A DNA stretch of 52,652 bases, from contig JBNGIO010005956.1 of assembly GCA_049999805.1 (NCBI GenBank), forward strand, positions 76,614 through 129,265. Direction: 5' to 3'. A model generated the notes under the pieces. It did not search any database and was not told the origin of the DNA. It worked only from the letters and a program-made list of their open reading frames with translations. Of this stretch, positions 1-11,184 are shown piece after piece. The position numbers and the translations under genes are program-made. The first letter of the stretch is position 1, and each line of letters starts with the position of its first letter. The DNA is from Folioceros fuciformis (Eukaryota).

Positions 1-3000
1 AATCCAATCATCAAGAAAGGGAGTAATTCGGTTAGCCAGTACCTTAGCAATCACCTTGTACGTGGACGTGAGCAGGGTAATTGGTCGCCAATTGGAGATT
101 GAAAGGCTGGCATCTTGCTTAGGGAGCAGGGAGATAACCCCCATGTTGAACCAACTCCCCATGCTACCTTCTTCCTAGAACATATTGACCGCTTCCATGA
201 ATAACGGCTGCATAAAATCCCACCCCCACAGTAGGAACTCGGGAGGGATACCATCGTGCCCCAGGGATTTATCCCTCAGCATCCCCTTCAGGGCTTGTAG
301 CACCTTGTCAGCAGTTATCGGCTTATCCAATTCCCTGCGCTGGACAGCAGACACTTTCGCCGAAAGCGCGCCATAAGAATGAGACCAAAGCCNNNNNNNN
401 NNAGCAGACACTTTCGCCGAAAGCGCGCCATAAGAATGAGACCAAAGCCGTTCCCATCCTGCCGCCTTCCCAATGCTTGAGAATATGCCAACAAAAAAGA
501 GGGTGATAAGAGTTTTTAGACCTTCAAGCGATTCCTGCACTTCGCCACACGCGTCTGGAAGGGCTGGAATTCGGGTCCTATGTCGGTAAGAAGCCACCTT
601 GTCGAAGAAGAATTTAGAGGGACCGTCTTCCTCCCTCACCCATTTGACTTTGGCCCGCTTAAACCAACCTCTAGCCCTGTCTTCTTCCAACTTGGCCAAA
701 GTGCACTGCACCTCCGTTTTCCTGGCCTCCTCCACACATGTGAGCTCCCGGCCTTCGCAACTCCTTTGTAACTGGCATAGGTCCTCTTGCAAAAAACATT
801 CTTGCTGGCGTTGTTCACGCGCTCGTTGAACACCTAGTCTCCTCAAATACCTAGTCGCCTCATTGTTAGCACACATCAATTTGACCGCCGCATTATCTTC
901 CCCTTGTTCAACCCCCTGCCAGACGCTTTTGATATCTTCAAAGACCCCTTTTTCCTTTAGTAAGGATGTATTCATTCGAAAATTCTACATAAACTTACTG
1001 GGTCGCCCACCCTCCGACGTAAACCCCAAGTGCAAGCTAATAGGATGGTGGTCAGAAAGGATTGTACCAGTGAGAATACTACATGACTATACAAAGGCCA
1101 ACCACCCTGAGGGTAGATAAAACGTGTCCAAACAACACGCTCCCAAATTCTATTGTTGTTGATTGGACTAGCTGAACATCAGGGGCTGTGGGTGGCGATG
1201 AGCCAGGAGAGCCACCAGGGATCCTGAACAGCTAGGACCGTGTCTCTCAACTCCTGCCAGGACATAGGCACCGCCCGGATATCTCCTGGGCTATCCCCTC
1301 GAATGTCCTCGTGACGTTCAACGAAGTTGAAGTCGCCAACCAGCATCCACGGGATCTGCTCATCTAGTTGATCCCCCAACCTACACCAAAGGATGCTCTT
1401 GTCAACAGCAGCATTAGGCGCGTAAATATTGCAGATACTGACTAGGCCTTGAGGAGTTTGTAGCACCACCCACACAAACCTCCCCTCTTCATCTTGCCCC
1501 GATTCCAGGATGTTGTGGGATTGCTCTAGGTGCACTGTAATGGACACGCCTCTGCGGGTTGCCGAAACACGTTGAGACGACCTTTCTCCATCTCTAATAT
1601 CTTCTGCTATAGCTGCTGCTCATTCTGAGCGACTAGGAAGAAATATCCTCTTCACACACTAGATATGCTTCGGAGATAGCTTATGCTCTTGCAAGCACAC
1701 AACATCCCAAATGACCTCCTCTTCTAGCAGATTCTTTAGACGTCTACACTTCGACACCGTCTTCAACCATCCCCCCAAGCCCCTAACATTCTAGGAAATG
1801 ATCCTCAGATGAGACCCCCTCTCATAGTTCTTCAAAGTGTCGATACCCATTACTAGGACTTGCTTGAGAGCTTTCGGACGGCAGATGGCTTGGGTAACCT
1901 AGCACCCGACACAGCTTTGGGCCGCGCCAGCTGATCCTTTGGTTTGCATTCAAGGGACAATCTTTGCAGCCTTTCCGACTTGCGAACAATGGGAGTGTTC
2001 CTCCTGCCCAGACTACCTGTGCGCCCCTCAACTTCCCCGGCTACCAGATCTGAGGACGGGATCAAGACTTTTGCCCAAGGAACGTCCAAGGACCACTTCC
2101 ACTCTGGGATAAGAGGCATACTGGGCTTATAGCCTTGTTTTAGCCGGATGTCAGCAAAAAGTTGACCATACTTCTGGTAAATTCCACTGAAGAATTCCAC
2201 CTCCAGTCCACTCCTGCCAACAGGAACCCCTCTGGCAGCCAGGAAGTCGAAGATCCTTTTCTGCCCAGCATGCAACTGGTGCATTGTAATGGTAAGAGGA
2301 ATCTGCTCCCCCCCGCCGCCTATCATAACCAGAAGGAGTAAAAGTCTTGCACCTTTCTCATAACCATCAGGTTGATCACCCAATGTCTGCCTTTCCTCCT
2401 TGTTAAACCTACCATCTTCCTGAACTCCTGACCGCTTAGCAGGCAGGAACCCTCCGGCCCTGGGGGAGGATACTCCACTTGCACCTCCTTAACCCATATA
2501 GGATCATTTTCCATAGAAGTTAAAGGGGATGTGGTACCTTCGTCCCCGGAGAAGACAGCTTGCACTTCAGGCCAAACAATCTTAGAATCCTCATCATCCA
2601 TAGCACTTGGAGATAAGAATACCTCGTCCTCGGATGCGTAAACCGCGTTATCTCTCATAGTGTGACTACCTTGTTTCGAGGGACTTGCATAGTCCACCAA
2701 TTTTGAACCGAGACCCTCAGATCCAGTTCCCTCCCTTCCAAAATCCAGTTCCGCTCCAAATCCACGTTGACTGCTCCTTACCACAATTTCGTTCACCTCT
2801 CCAGCATTGATCCTCCCCTGAAGTCTGTGGCCTCCCTTACGCACTGCCATCACCTTAGACTTTTTCCCTTCCGCGGAAGTGATGTCCAAGGCCATGCACT
2901 GAACAGCTTTATTCAGCGCCTTCCTTGCTTTGACCACGGCAGTCTGGTCATGGCGCTTAAGTCCTGATGACGAGTCTTCAAAAACTCGAGACCTTTTCCC

Positions 3001-3760
3001 TACGATAGCCTCCAAGTTCCTCTATTTGCCTATGGTCAAGCCAGAAGTAGCCATCAAGTTCCAGACAATAGAGCTAGCAGCCAATACTACTAGACCTGAC
3101 TCAACTATTCCAGCAGGCCCGAGGCCCCTTCCAAGCCCTGAGGACTGATGGCTCGTAGCAGGCAGGGTTGGAAGCTCAAAGTTGTTGTTTGTTGTGGAGT
3201 TACACATATTTTGCCCACTCCATGGCTCTTCAAACACTCAAGAAAAGGGAGGGCAAAAACTCTTTTATCACATGACAAAGGGAATCCATCCTAGTTGTCA
3301 CCAACCTTGTAACTATCTTGCCCCACAATGTACCGGTTACTTTAGGAACAAACATTGTACAATGAGAGAGACAATTTTGAGTGGAAAGAAGGGAGACATA
3401 ACATATAAGATTTGCTGAGGCGGGCATGGCATGAGGGGGAAGGACAGTCTGTCCAGGGTACGGTGTAAGCGGTTCAAAGGTTACTGGGTATGAGGGATTC
3501 AAGTCCCATGAGAGTTGTATGTATGTGGGTGAGATTCCAGCGTGTGGACGCCTACTAAAGACGGCATAGTACTGGAGACATTTCTGTCCGCTTTTACTGG
3601 GAACGTGAGTCGCGACTTTTCACTGTTGGAAGATTGCATGACTTGAATATGTGTGGCCCCGACTGCGAGCGTACCAGTCTCTCCAGTGTCTTTCCAAGCG
3701 GCCACATGGTTCGCACACTTGGTGATACGACCCAAGGTACACTATCTTCCTCACGAGTCA
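1..3760 (-). mobile_element. Degenerate L1-clade LINE (ORF1 remnant ~1820-3740; ORF2 endonuclease and start of RT ~1-1812, continuing beyond the left edge)
   Basis: Minus-strand APE motifs IIS*NVRGL (~1810), CLQEHKL, NIYAPN, LVGDFN, SDHQP, then 'RAKVKWVREEDGPSKFFF' and 'KSLGHDGIPPEF...W' typical of L1 ORF2. Many stops and frameshifts. 5' boundary approximate. Confidence 0.85.
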
Positions 3761-4211
3761 CATGATGTCACTGTGATGCACGCTGTCCCGCAACCCTAAA
3801 CAGCTATCGCGGCTCCCACTCCGACGACGCTTGAAGGAGAAGGCGTCGTGGCTCTTTGGCATCTATCGCTTCCCGGATCAGTATCACACCCTCTCCTCGG
3901 TTCCCGGGCCTCACATCTTAGAGCACTCAATCTGCTGCCATACAGCTGTTTTGGATCGACACGACAAGCTGCAGTGTCCTGTGGCAGATAGGAGATGGGT
4001 ACAAGGAGAGCACCTCGTTCTTATGTAATGGTAACACACTATACAACATCATGCTAGACTCACATCATAAGGGGGTACTGTTGTGCTTGAGAGAGGCATC
4101 GACCCGCATTCTGCTTCTTCCTCCCTGTAGCTATGTCGGCCTAGACTACACATGCAACAAATGACATTCCTTCACCTGCAGATGGCATGTTATGTATATC
4201 ACAAGTCCTTG

Positions 4212-5795
4212 CTAAGCTTGCCTGTCGCCCACGACCGGTGCCCCCTTGCACCCGCTCTGCGACTTCTTGCAGTAGGCAATGGCCCCCTGGATGGAACTTT
4301 GTAACTCCGTCGAAGTGCTAGAAATAGGGTTGAGCAAGGGCACCGCGCCGGCTGACCCCCGCCTGGACGACAAAGATCCTTTGCTCTTAGTAGCAAGATC
4401 TCCCCCTCCGGTCTTCAACGGCACAGTGCTCCTGCTCCGCACGTGCAGCGACCTGAAGAGCTTCTCCAGATACCCCTGCCGCCCTCCCGACTCCACAGCC
4501 AAGCCCCGCCGCTTCCCCTTCTCGGCAACGTCACTCCCTCGCTTCTCCACAGGGTCCCGAGAATTGCCGCGGCTGCTGTCTCTGAAAGAAGCCCCATTAC
4601 TCCACGGCTCCCTCCCACCGTAATGTCCATCACCCAAACTGCCGCTGCTGCTGCTGCCCGCTCTCGAATCCTGCTGGCACACCTCCCTGTCCTCCCTGAA
4701 CGAGCAGTGCACGCTCTGCCACTCCCGCTTCTCCTCTGCCAGATTCTGGGTCCTTACCGACGCCCTCAGCCCTTCCCAATCACACTGACACGAGTCCTTG
4801 TACGAGAGCGGCCCGGACAGGCGCTCCTTGCAACCCAGAAACTCGTCATCATAAACACTGATGGGCCCCGAGTGCCGCAGCCGGGGAGCCGGCAGATCGT
4901 CAGACGATGACGAGTCCCTCGCCGGGCTCCCCGCCCTNNNNNNNNNNNNNNNNNNNNNNNNNNNNNNNNNNNNNNNNNNNNNNNNNNNNNNNNNNNNNNN
5001 NNNNNNNNNNNNNNNNNNNNNNNNNNNNNNNNNNNNNAACCCAACAACCCTAGCGTCCGCTGCAGCCACCTCCTCCTCCATCTCCACCTTCTTGCCGCTG
5101 CCACCGCCCTTCTTGCCGCCCCCAAAAATGCCATTCCACCTGGACGCCGACGGCTTCAACCAGGAAAACATTCTGGTATGCCCATTCCTGCCATGCAAGT
5201 GCAGCTGCTGCTGGGCTCCCGTCCTATTCCCAAATGCCACCAGGTTGTGAAAGAATTTGTGCTGCCCAGCACTGCCATTCCCCGCCGACTCACTCTTCTC
5301 CCCCGACAGATCCACAGAGTCCTTGGAGCTCCCACTGGAATCCCTCGACTCACTCGAACTGTCTGCGCACGATGAATCAGACGGCTGCGAGGACGAATCC
5401 CCCCAGAAGCTGCTCCTGCTGCACCACGCACTGTCCCGCCCACTGTTCTTCTCAGCAAGAAAAACCTGCGGCAGCACAGCCCGCATCGGAACGTCGGGGC
5501 ACCTCCTCCCCCTCTCCCGCAACCCGCAGCTCCTGTCCCCGCAGGGACAGCCCCCGTCTCTGGGCCACACTGCCGCGTCCTCCATTTCTCTCCTAGCTTC
5601 TGCCTGCGTCTGGAGGGAGAGAGTGTGCACCATCTGCATGCGGGGAGGCAGGGCCAGCGGGAGCAGCTGGCCCTTGAAGAAGAGATCATCCGCGCCCTTC
5701 ACATCCCCGGCCGCCACAGTGTTGAACTCGAAGTCGGAAGCAGCAGCTGCCGCTGCTCCTGCTGCACCTGCTGCAGAGCTCGGTTGCGGCTCCAT
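4212..5795 (-). CDS. Membrane-associated kinase regulator (MAKR/BKI1-like), single exon
   Basis: 527-aa ORF with N-terminal DFEF and ADDLFFKGQLLPL motifs, Ser-rich and basic middle, and C-terminal ELQSSIQGAIAYCKKS, the hallmarks of BKI1/MAKR. A 100-N gap (4938-5037) makes true length uncertain. Confidence 0.85.
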   Translation of the reverse strand: MEPQPSSAAGAAGAAAAAASDFEFNTVAAGDVKGADDLFFKGQLLPLALPPRMQMVHTLSLQTQAEARREMEDAAVWPRDGGCPCGDRSCGLRERGRRCPDVPMRAVLPQVFLAEKNSGRDSAWCSRSSFWGDSSSQPSDSSCADSSSESRDSSGSSKDSVDLSGEKSESAGNGSAGQHKFFHNLVAFGNRTGAQQQLHLHGRNGHTRMFSWLKPSASRWNGIFGGGKKGGGSGKKVEMEEEVAAADARVVGXXXXXXXXXXXXXXXXXXXXXXXXXXXXXXXXXXRAGSPARDSSSSDDLPAPRLRHSGPISVYDDEFLGCKERLSGPLSYKDSCQCDWEGLRASVRTQNLAEEKREWQSVHCSFREDREVCQQDSRAGSSSSGSLGDGHYGGREPWSNGASFRDSSRGNSRDPVEKRGSDVAEKGKRRGLAVESGGRQGYLEKLFRSLHVRSRSTVPLKTGGGDLATKSKGSLSSRRGSAGAVPLLNPISSTSTELQSSIQGAIAYCKKSQSGCKGAPVVGDRQA

Positions 5796-7704
5796 CTCCT
5801 CAGAAGAAGAAACACATGCTGGGCGAATGATTCGTCACAGCCCACCAGGCTCTGGATCAGCAGTCTCGGGCGGGCATGCATCTGAGCTGCTGCTGCGGCT
5901 GCTCCTCTTCCTGTGGACGCAGACGCAGCCGCTGCCGCAACCGCAACTCAGCGTCTCCATGCACCTAGGAGTGCTGCAATGCGTTCCAAATTTGGGGCCT
6001 GTCCTGCCGCTCTGACACGAGCACCAGCCACCAAGTACGTCTTTCCTCCGGGACCCGTTGCTTCTCTCTTCTCTCCACCGGCTGCTGTCGTTTGCATTGG
6101 GCCTGGCGCTGGCTGCCTGGACCCTGCTCTTCCAGCGAGGAGACGTCTCAAACGTCACGCTCGCCAACCAATTGCCCTGCACCGTTTGAAACACTTTTAT
6201 TTGCAATAATGTTCGTGGTCCCAGCAAAACCTCAAAACTGGGTCTCCTTTCATCCTATCTTAAATGCACCTTGCCTATTTCTTCTCTTTCAAACGCCCTG
6301 AGGCCCCATTGCTCTACCATGAATCCTGTACGTATCTCATGTAGATCGACCTCAAACTTTGGAGGTGTTACCGTAATCTGTGCCTTAAGGCACTGCTCTC
6401 GTTCGAGGTGTTTCTTCTAGTGCAAGAAGAACTTGTCGCTGACTAGCAGCAACGAGGGGTTTGTTGGAAGAGTCGAGGAACAAGTCAGGGTTGTTCCGGG
6501 GAATGGCAGCGGTATCCAGCTGCTTCTGCTCAGGGCTGTTGACATTGTCACTTGAGCAGGTTTGTTTGATAATTCTGTTGCTTCTGGTGCCGACATGAGA
6601 TGCTGGAGCTTGTCAGTTGCTGGAGGTGTTGTAGCAGTGTCTGTGAAGGCGGGAGCACGGACTTCTCAGGATAATTCAATGCTTGAGTCGAAGAAGTGAA
6701 ATTTGAGGCTGACAGATTTGTACACCACAGATGTGTGGTTGCAGAGACTGTGAAGGCGGAGGATGCTTACATCGATCCTGATCAGCCTCCATGTAGACGG
6801 TCGGCGCTGACGGATTTCAACCCCAAAGAAGTTTGCTCTTAAGAACCTTGAAGGTACCCCCTGTTATTGCAATTGGTATGTTGAACTAGGAGGACTGCTT
6901 CTTCTTGCTGTGGTAATGTTTTCACCTGCCTCCTTCCACTTCAATTGATGACTTCTACCCCCAGATGCAGGTTCGTTTGGACGAAGAGGAAGTGGACGAG
7001 GAACAAGAAGAGGAGGAGGAGGAGGAAAGGAGCAGAAAGAGGTGGGAGCGGTGTGACTCAGGCCAGAAATCCGTGACGCTGAAAGTTCGCCAAAATGTAC
7101 CACATGCATGCTCCACTCTCCCTCTGTTTCATTGACTCTCCTTGGTTGGATCTAGATGCCTGATCTCGTAGTCAAAGCATACCCTAACGGTTCTCAATTG
7201 TGAAAACTGCAGATGGTGGTGAGCTCGGAAGGCTTCCATCTCGTCAATTGAAACTGTATTTGAGACAGAACCGAATGAGAGGATGTGTGGATCTAAACAA
7301 GATATCCTTGACCGGATAAAACTTCACAACTAGGTGGGTGCTTGGCACTCCAATCACAATTTAGCCTTCATTATAAAACAATAAGGTACTCGAGTTTGCA
7401 AAACATAAGACTCATAATTGGTTATGGGCTTTGGTGAGTTGGATTGTTTGATGCTTCTCTTCACCATTTCTATTCCGCGATAAGTATGATAATGAATTGA
7501 AGGCAATAATAATATTTTTATAATAGTTTTAAAATATTAAAAAACCTTTTCCAATATTTTGAATACTCAACTGCGAAAAAATATAGTAAAATTAACTATA
7601 ATATCTTCATAAAATTTTTGAATAAAATTCTTTTATAATCCATTTGAAAAGCCAAAAAAACTACTAGCTTTATGTTTAACATAGTTTAAAGTTTTTTTAA
7701 AAAA

Positions 7705-8370
7705 ATTATTATTAAAAAAGAAATGGAAAGTCTCATCTACTCCAAAGATAGGAGGAACAACTCGAGCAAGGCCAAAAGGGGTACTAGCCCCCTTCGAACA
7801 TCATTCTCCAAAACTACCTATTGCTCTCAAAATGTCCTGATGTGGAATAACAAAAGGCCTACCTACCACCTATGCTGAAGAAGCCAATTGACTTGTGCTT
7901 GTTGCTGTTATAAAAACCATGTTGGCCAATGCTTTTTGCAAAGCAATGGATATGCGTTGTTGAAAGAAAGTCGCCACAGAGGAAAGAGAGAGAACACCAT
8001 TTCTACCACTTTGATAAACTTTGGCACACTCCTTGATGAACCTTGAAAAGTCCTTGCCCATAGCCCCATGAGTCTCGAGAGCAAAGGGGATGAAAGCATG
8101 CCTATTTTGTAGGGCAGGATACTTATGGACTTAAACGCTTAAGCTTGCACAACCCTCTACCGCCCATCCAAGGGGGTTGATGATGACGTGCTCATAGGAC
8201 AAATGCCTAGTGGGATCCGTAACAACCACATTAGCGACACAAACTTGTTTCCCGCTAGTGGAAAAAAACATGGAAACCTTTGCTCGAAACTAGGGTACTA
8301 AGGATGATTGGGTGGGGTAAGTGCTAGCATATCAACGCTCTCTTGGTAATGTAGCGGAGTAGGCCTCTAC
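7705..8370 (-). mobile_element. CRE-like non-LTR retrotransposon 3' fragment (restriction-like endonuclease domain + 3' UTR), copy 1
   Basis: Minus strand reads NVVVTDPT...HAFIPFALETHGAMGKDFSRFIKECA...FFQQRISIALQKALAN, matching the C-terminus of CRE-clade RLE proteins. Ends in a T-run followed by AATAATA. Homologous to three other copies in the window. Confidence 0.65.
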
Positions 8371-8504
8371 ATGCTGACGCTCTTGGGGTGATTAGACAGG
8401 GTGAGCAACAGCATGTCGGCGCCCTTTGGGATGATCTGGCGAATTGGGCTTAAGCACCGGCGCCCTTGGGGTGATGGAGCGAGGTGGGGCGCCAACATGC
8501 CAGT

Positions 8505-8632
8505 ACTCTTGGGTGATTGGGTAGTTTGAGCACCAACATGACAACGTTCCTGGAGTGAGTTGGGCAAGCTGATTGATTGGGTAGTTTAAACACCAACAAC
8601 GTTCTTGGGGTGAGTTGGGCAAGCTGATTGTT
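8505..8632. repeat. Short direct duplication (~60 bp, 2 copies)
   Basis: GATTGGGTAGTTT..CACCAAC..CAACGTTC..GG.GTGAGTTGGGCAAGCTGATTG occurs twice. Confidence 0.65.
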
Positions 8633-9244
8633 CACAGGCTTGGGTTGCCAAAGTGTAGTCATTGGGTGATTTTGGTGTACAATATGTAGATTAATCCATT
8701 GGCAAATCCTTGTTCTAGTCCACTAGCAAATAAGGTCATTCATGTAAAAACCCTAGATACAACATGCTAGATTTGTAATGGCTAACTCATACGTGAAGAT
8801 CATGGCTCTATTAGAAGTCAACCATCAAAACTCTTCCATGCCCAGCTGGTCATTTTGCCAAAGTATTCCTTGTAACAAGGATGTGAGAACAATTACCAAA
8901 TTTAAGTGGAATATTACCATGATTTTATTCCTTATTCACAAACTTTTGATCATATATCTCTATTCAGTGCCCATAAAGATGCTTCTTCATAATATATTCA
9001 CAAGGAAAGCTCCTTGTTGCATATTCCAACCCTTGCAATTTTATGCTATTGCCTCTTGACTCAAATGGACTCTCTAATAAAAATGAGTGTTGCTCCGGGG
9101 GGCTATTTCCCCTCGTAAGATGAGAAGGGTTTAGGGTTTAAGGATCCATTTTCCCTTGCTATTCAACTTCTCCTAATTTGAAGAATAAAGCTTGTCATTC
9201 ATTATATAAGCAATAGCAATCCTCTCCTTTGCTATCTTGTCCAC

Positions 9245-9350
9245 CTGCTAATTGAGGCTTGGAACTATTTGTGGAGCTAGCATAGAAGCTATGCCCCTGC
9301 TAATTGAGGCTTGGAACTATTTGTGGAGCTAGTATAGAAGCTATGCCCCT
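9245..9350. repeat. Tandem duplication (~52 bp x2)
   Basis: CCTGCTAATTGAGGCTTGGAACTATTTGTGGAGCTAG(C/T)ATAGAAGCTATGCCC occurs twice. Confidence 0.85.
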
Positions 9351-10547
9351 GGACTTCAGGTTCCTTCAATCTATTCTCCAAGTATTTCATCTTGCTTCTC
9401 CTTACCTCCTTTCAACCCCAAGAACTAACAATGGTGTAAACATTACGACCTAGCAATGCGTGAAGGCGCAAGTGGTTAGCAAAGGCGGGAGCCTACCTAC
9501 ATGCCCAATGGGTATGGAGGGGGTAGTTGATGCCGCGTAACCGTTATGGATGAGCACTATACATGGGGTTCCATGGATCATTACCTATACATGTGGAACC
9601 CTATGTATACAGATATATACAGCTCATGGTTATTATGGTTAGTTGTCTACTCTATAGATCGGGCCTTCCCCAAAGTGGTCAATGTTGTCATAGCTAACAT
9701 TGAAATTTGAGAACACTTCATAAAAAAGTGTAGACAAAGTTTCCTCGAATGGTGATAATGTAGATGTGCCATAGCTACTTGGCCACAAGTTAGGCTATTA
9801 ATCAAGGGCATTTCAATGTACACTTGGAGACCCTTCATTAAGGTCCTTGGCTCGCTTAGAGGCCCTGAATAAAGGGTCTTTAAGCCTTGTGAAGGCCTCA
9901 TGTTGAAGGCCCTTTCATTGCACTCAAGCCTAAAGAATTCTAGGCCTCATGAATTGGGCAAATTGGATCGTGATAGAAGGTTGAGGAAGCTTGCTCCTCA
10001 TGGCATTTACTCAGTGGTGGATGCATAGGTCCAATTCGGGTCATTGGATGTTAGATGCACAGATAAATGATAGTAGGAGATGCTTGCATAGGTTGGAAGG
10101 GCTCTACATGTACAACCTCTCAAATACATTCTCTATGGCATTGTTACACTCGAACAAAAATAGAGACAACCTACACTAGCATCGAGGTTCACCAAAAGTG
10201 CAACATGAATCTATATCAACTACATCTGTCCAAAACAAAATCGCCACTTTCACTTTATAGTTGCATTAATCTAGCCTAACGTAGGGCCTAATTTTGATTT
10301 TTGTTTTGAGGTATCATAGGCTCTTCTTCAATGTATCTAGGCTTGATGGCATGCTTGTATGCAAGATGAGAGATGCACTTTGTGCAGCAGTGTGAATGAT
10401 AAGGTGTGATGGAAATAGCATTTTTTGTGAGTTATGGTCAACACAATCACAACAAACTCACTTTGTAATCGATATAGGTAACCCCATCTCTCAAAAGCTC
10501 TTCACTTTTAAGCACCTTGTCTTCACCACCAAGCACCTCTACTCATT

Positions 10548-10684
10548 TATGAGCAAGTAACTTCCTTTCTTGTCCTCCCTCCTTCTCCTTGCTATGAGCA
10601 AGTAACTTACTTTCATGTCCTCCTTCCTTCTCCTTGCTATGAGCAAGTAACTTACTTTCATGTTCTCCCTCCTTCTCTTTGCTC
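10548..10684. repeat. Tandem repeat (~45 bp x3)
   Basis: TATGAGCAAGTAACTT(A/C)CTTTC(A/T)TGTCCTCC(C/T)TCCTTCTCCTTGC repeated three times. Confidence 0.8.
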
Positions 10685-11184
10685 TAGCTATTGTAAGGAA
10701 CACACTTAGGTCTAGCTTTACCACCATTTATTTGTAATGCATAAGAGAGTGCCAAGTTCTTAGTAAAGAATAGTTTCTATGTAGTAATAATAAAATATAT
10801 TTTTTATTCTTTTTAAAAATAAATCTTAGAAAAAGAATCATGACAACGGAAGTAACCCTTAATCTAAACCAATTCTATGACCTCAGCTACTATCAACCAA
10901 GTTGGCAATTAATATTTAGGGTGAATCCTCAACTATATCTATCAACAAGGACTCGAAGTTCATTCTCTTTACACTCTCAAGCATGTAAAAAGACAACCTA
11001 CGTGCGCGGTGGATGACACAGTGCACAAAGCCCAAAGTTGTTAACACTGCATATTCATTTGGCCCAAAATGAACACCGACAAGTTCTCTTGTTCTCATAA
11101 CGACATCAGACGATGTCTGCGTTGTTCAAGTCCTGTGGCGAGGTGCTCGCAATTGCTGGACCTGAAGATAATAGACTCCATAGC

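Noticed and set aside
346-449. Apparent 47-bp direct repeat flanking a 10-N gap
   Set aside because: Identical sequence on both sides of a scaffold gap indicates contig-overlap artefact.
4279-6015. Long antisense ORFs over GC-rich genes (also at 22439-23041, 26027-27239, 35528-36214)
   Set aside because: Shadow ORFs expected from GC-rich codon usage; no independent motifs.
6340-7330. Coding-like GC-balanced stretch upstream of the MAKR gene
   Set aside because: No sustained ORF or recognisable motif; could be promoter or a decayed gene.
8680-9100. Possible LINE endonuclease relic on the minus strand
   Set aside because: Too degenerate to show diagnostic motifs by eye.
9126-9140. AGGGTTTAGGGTTTA telomere-like motif
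   Set aside because: Only two units; common in plant DNA.
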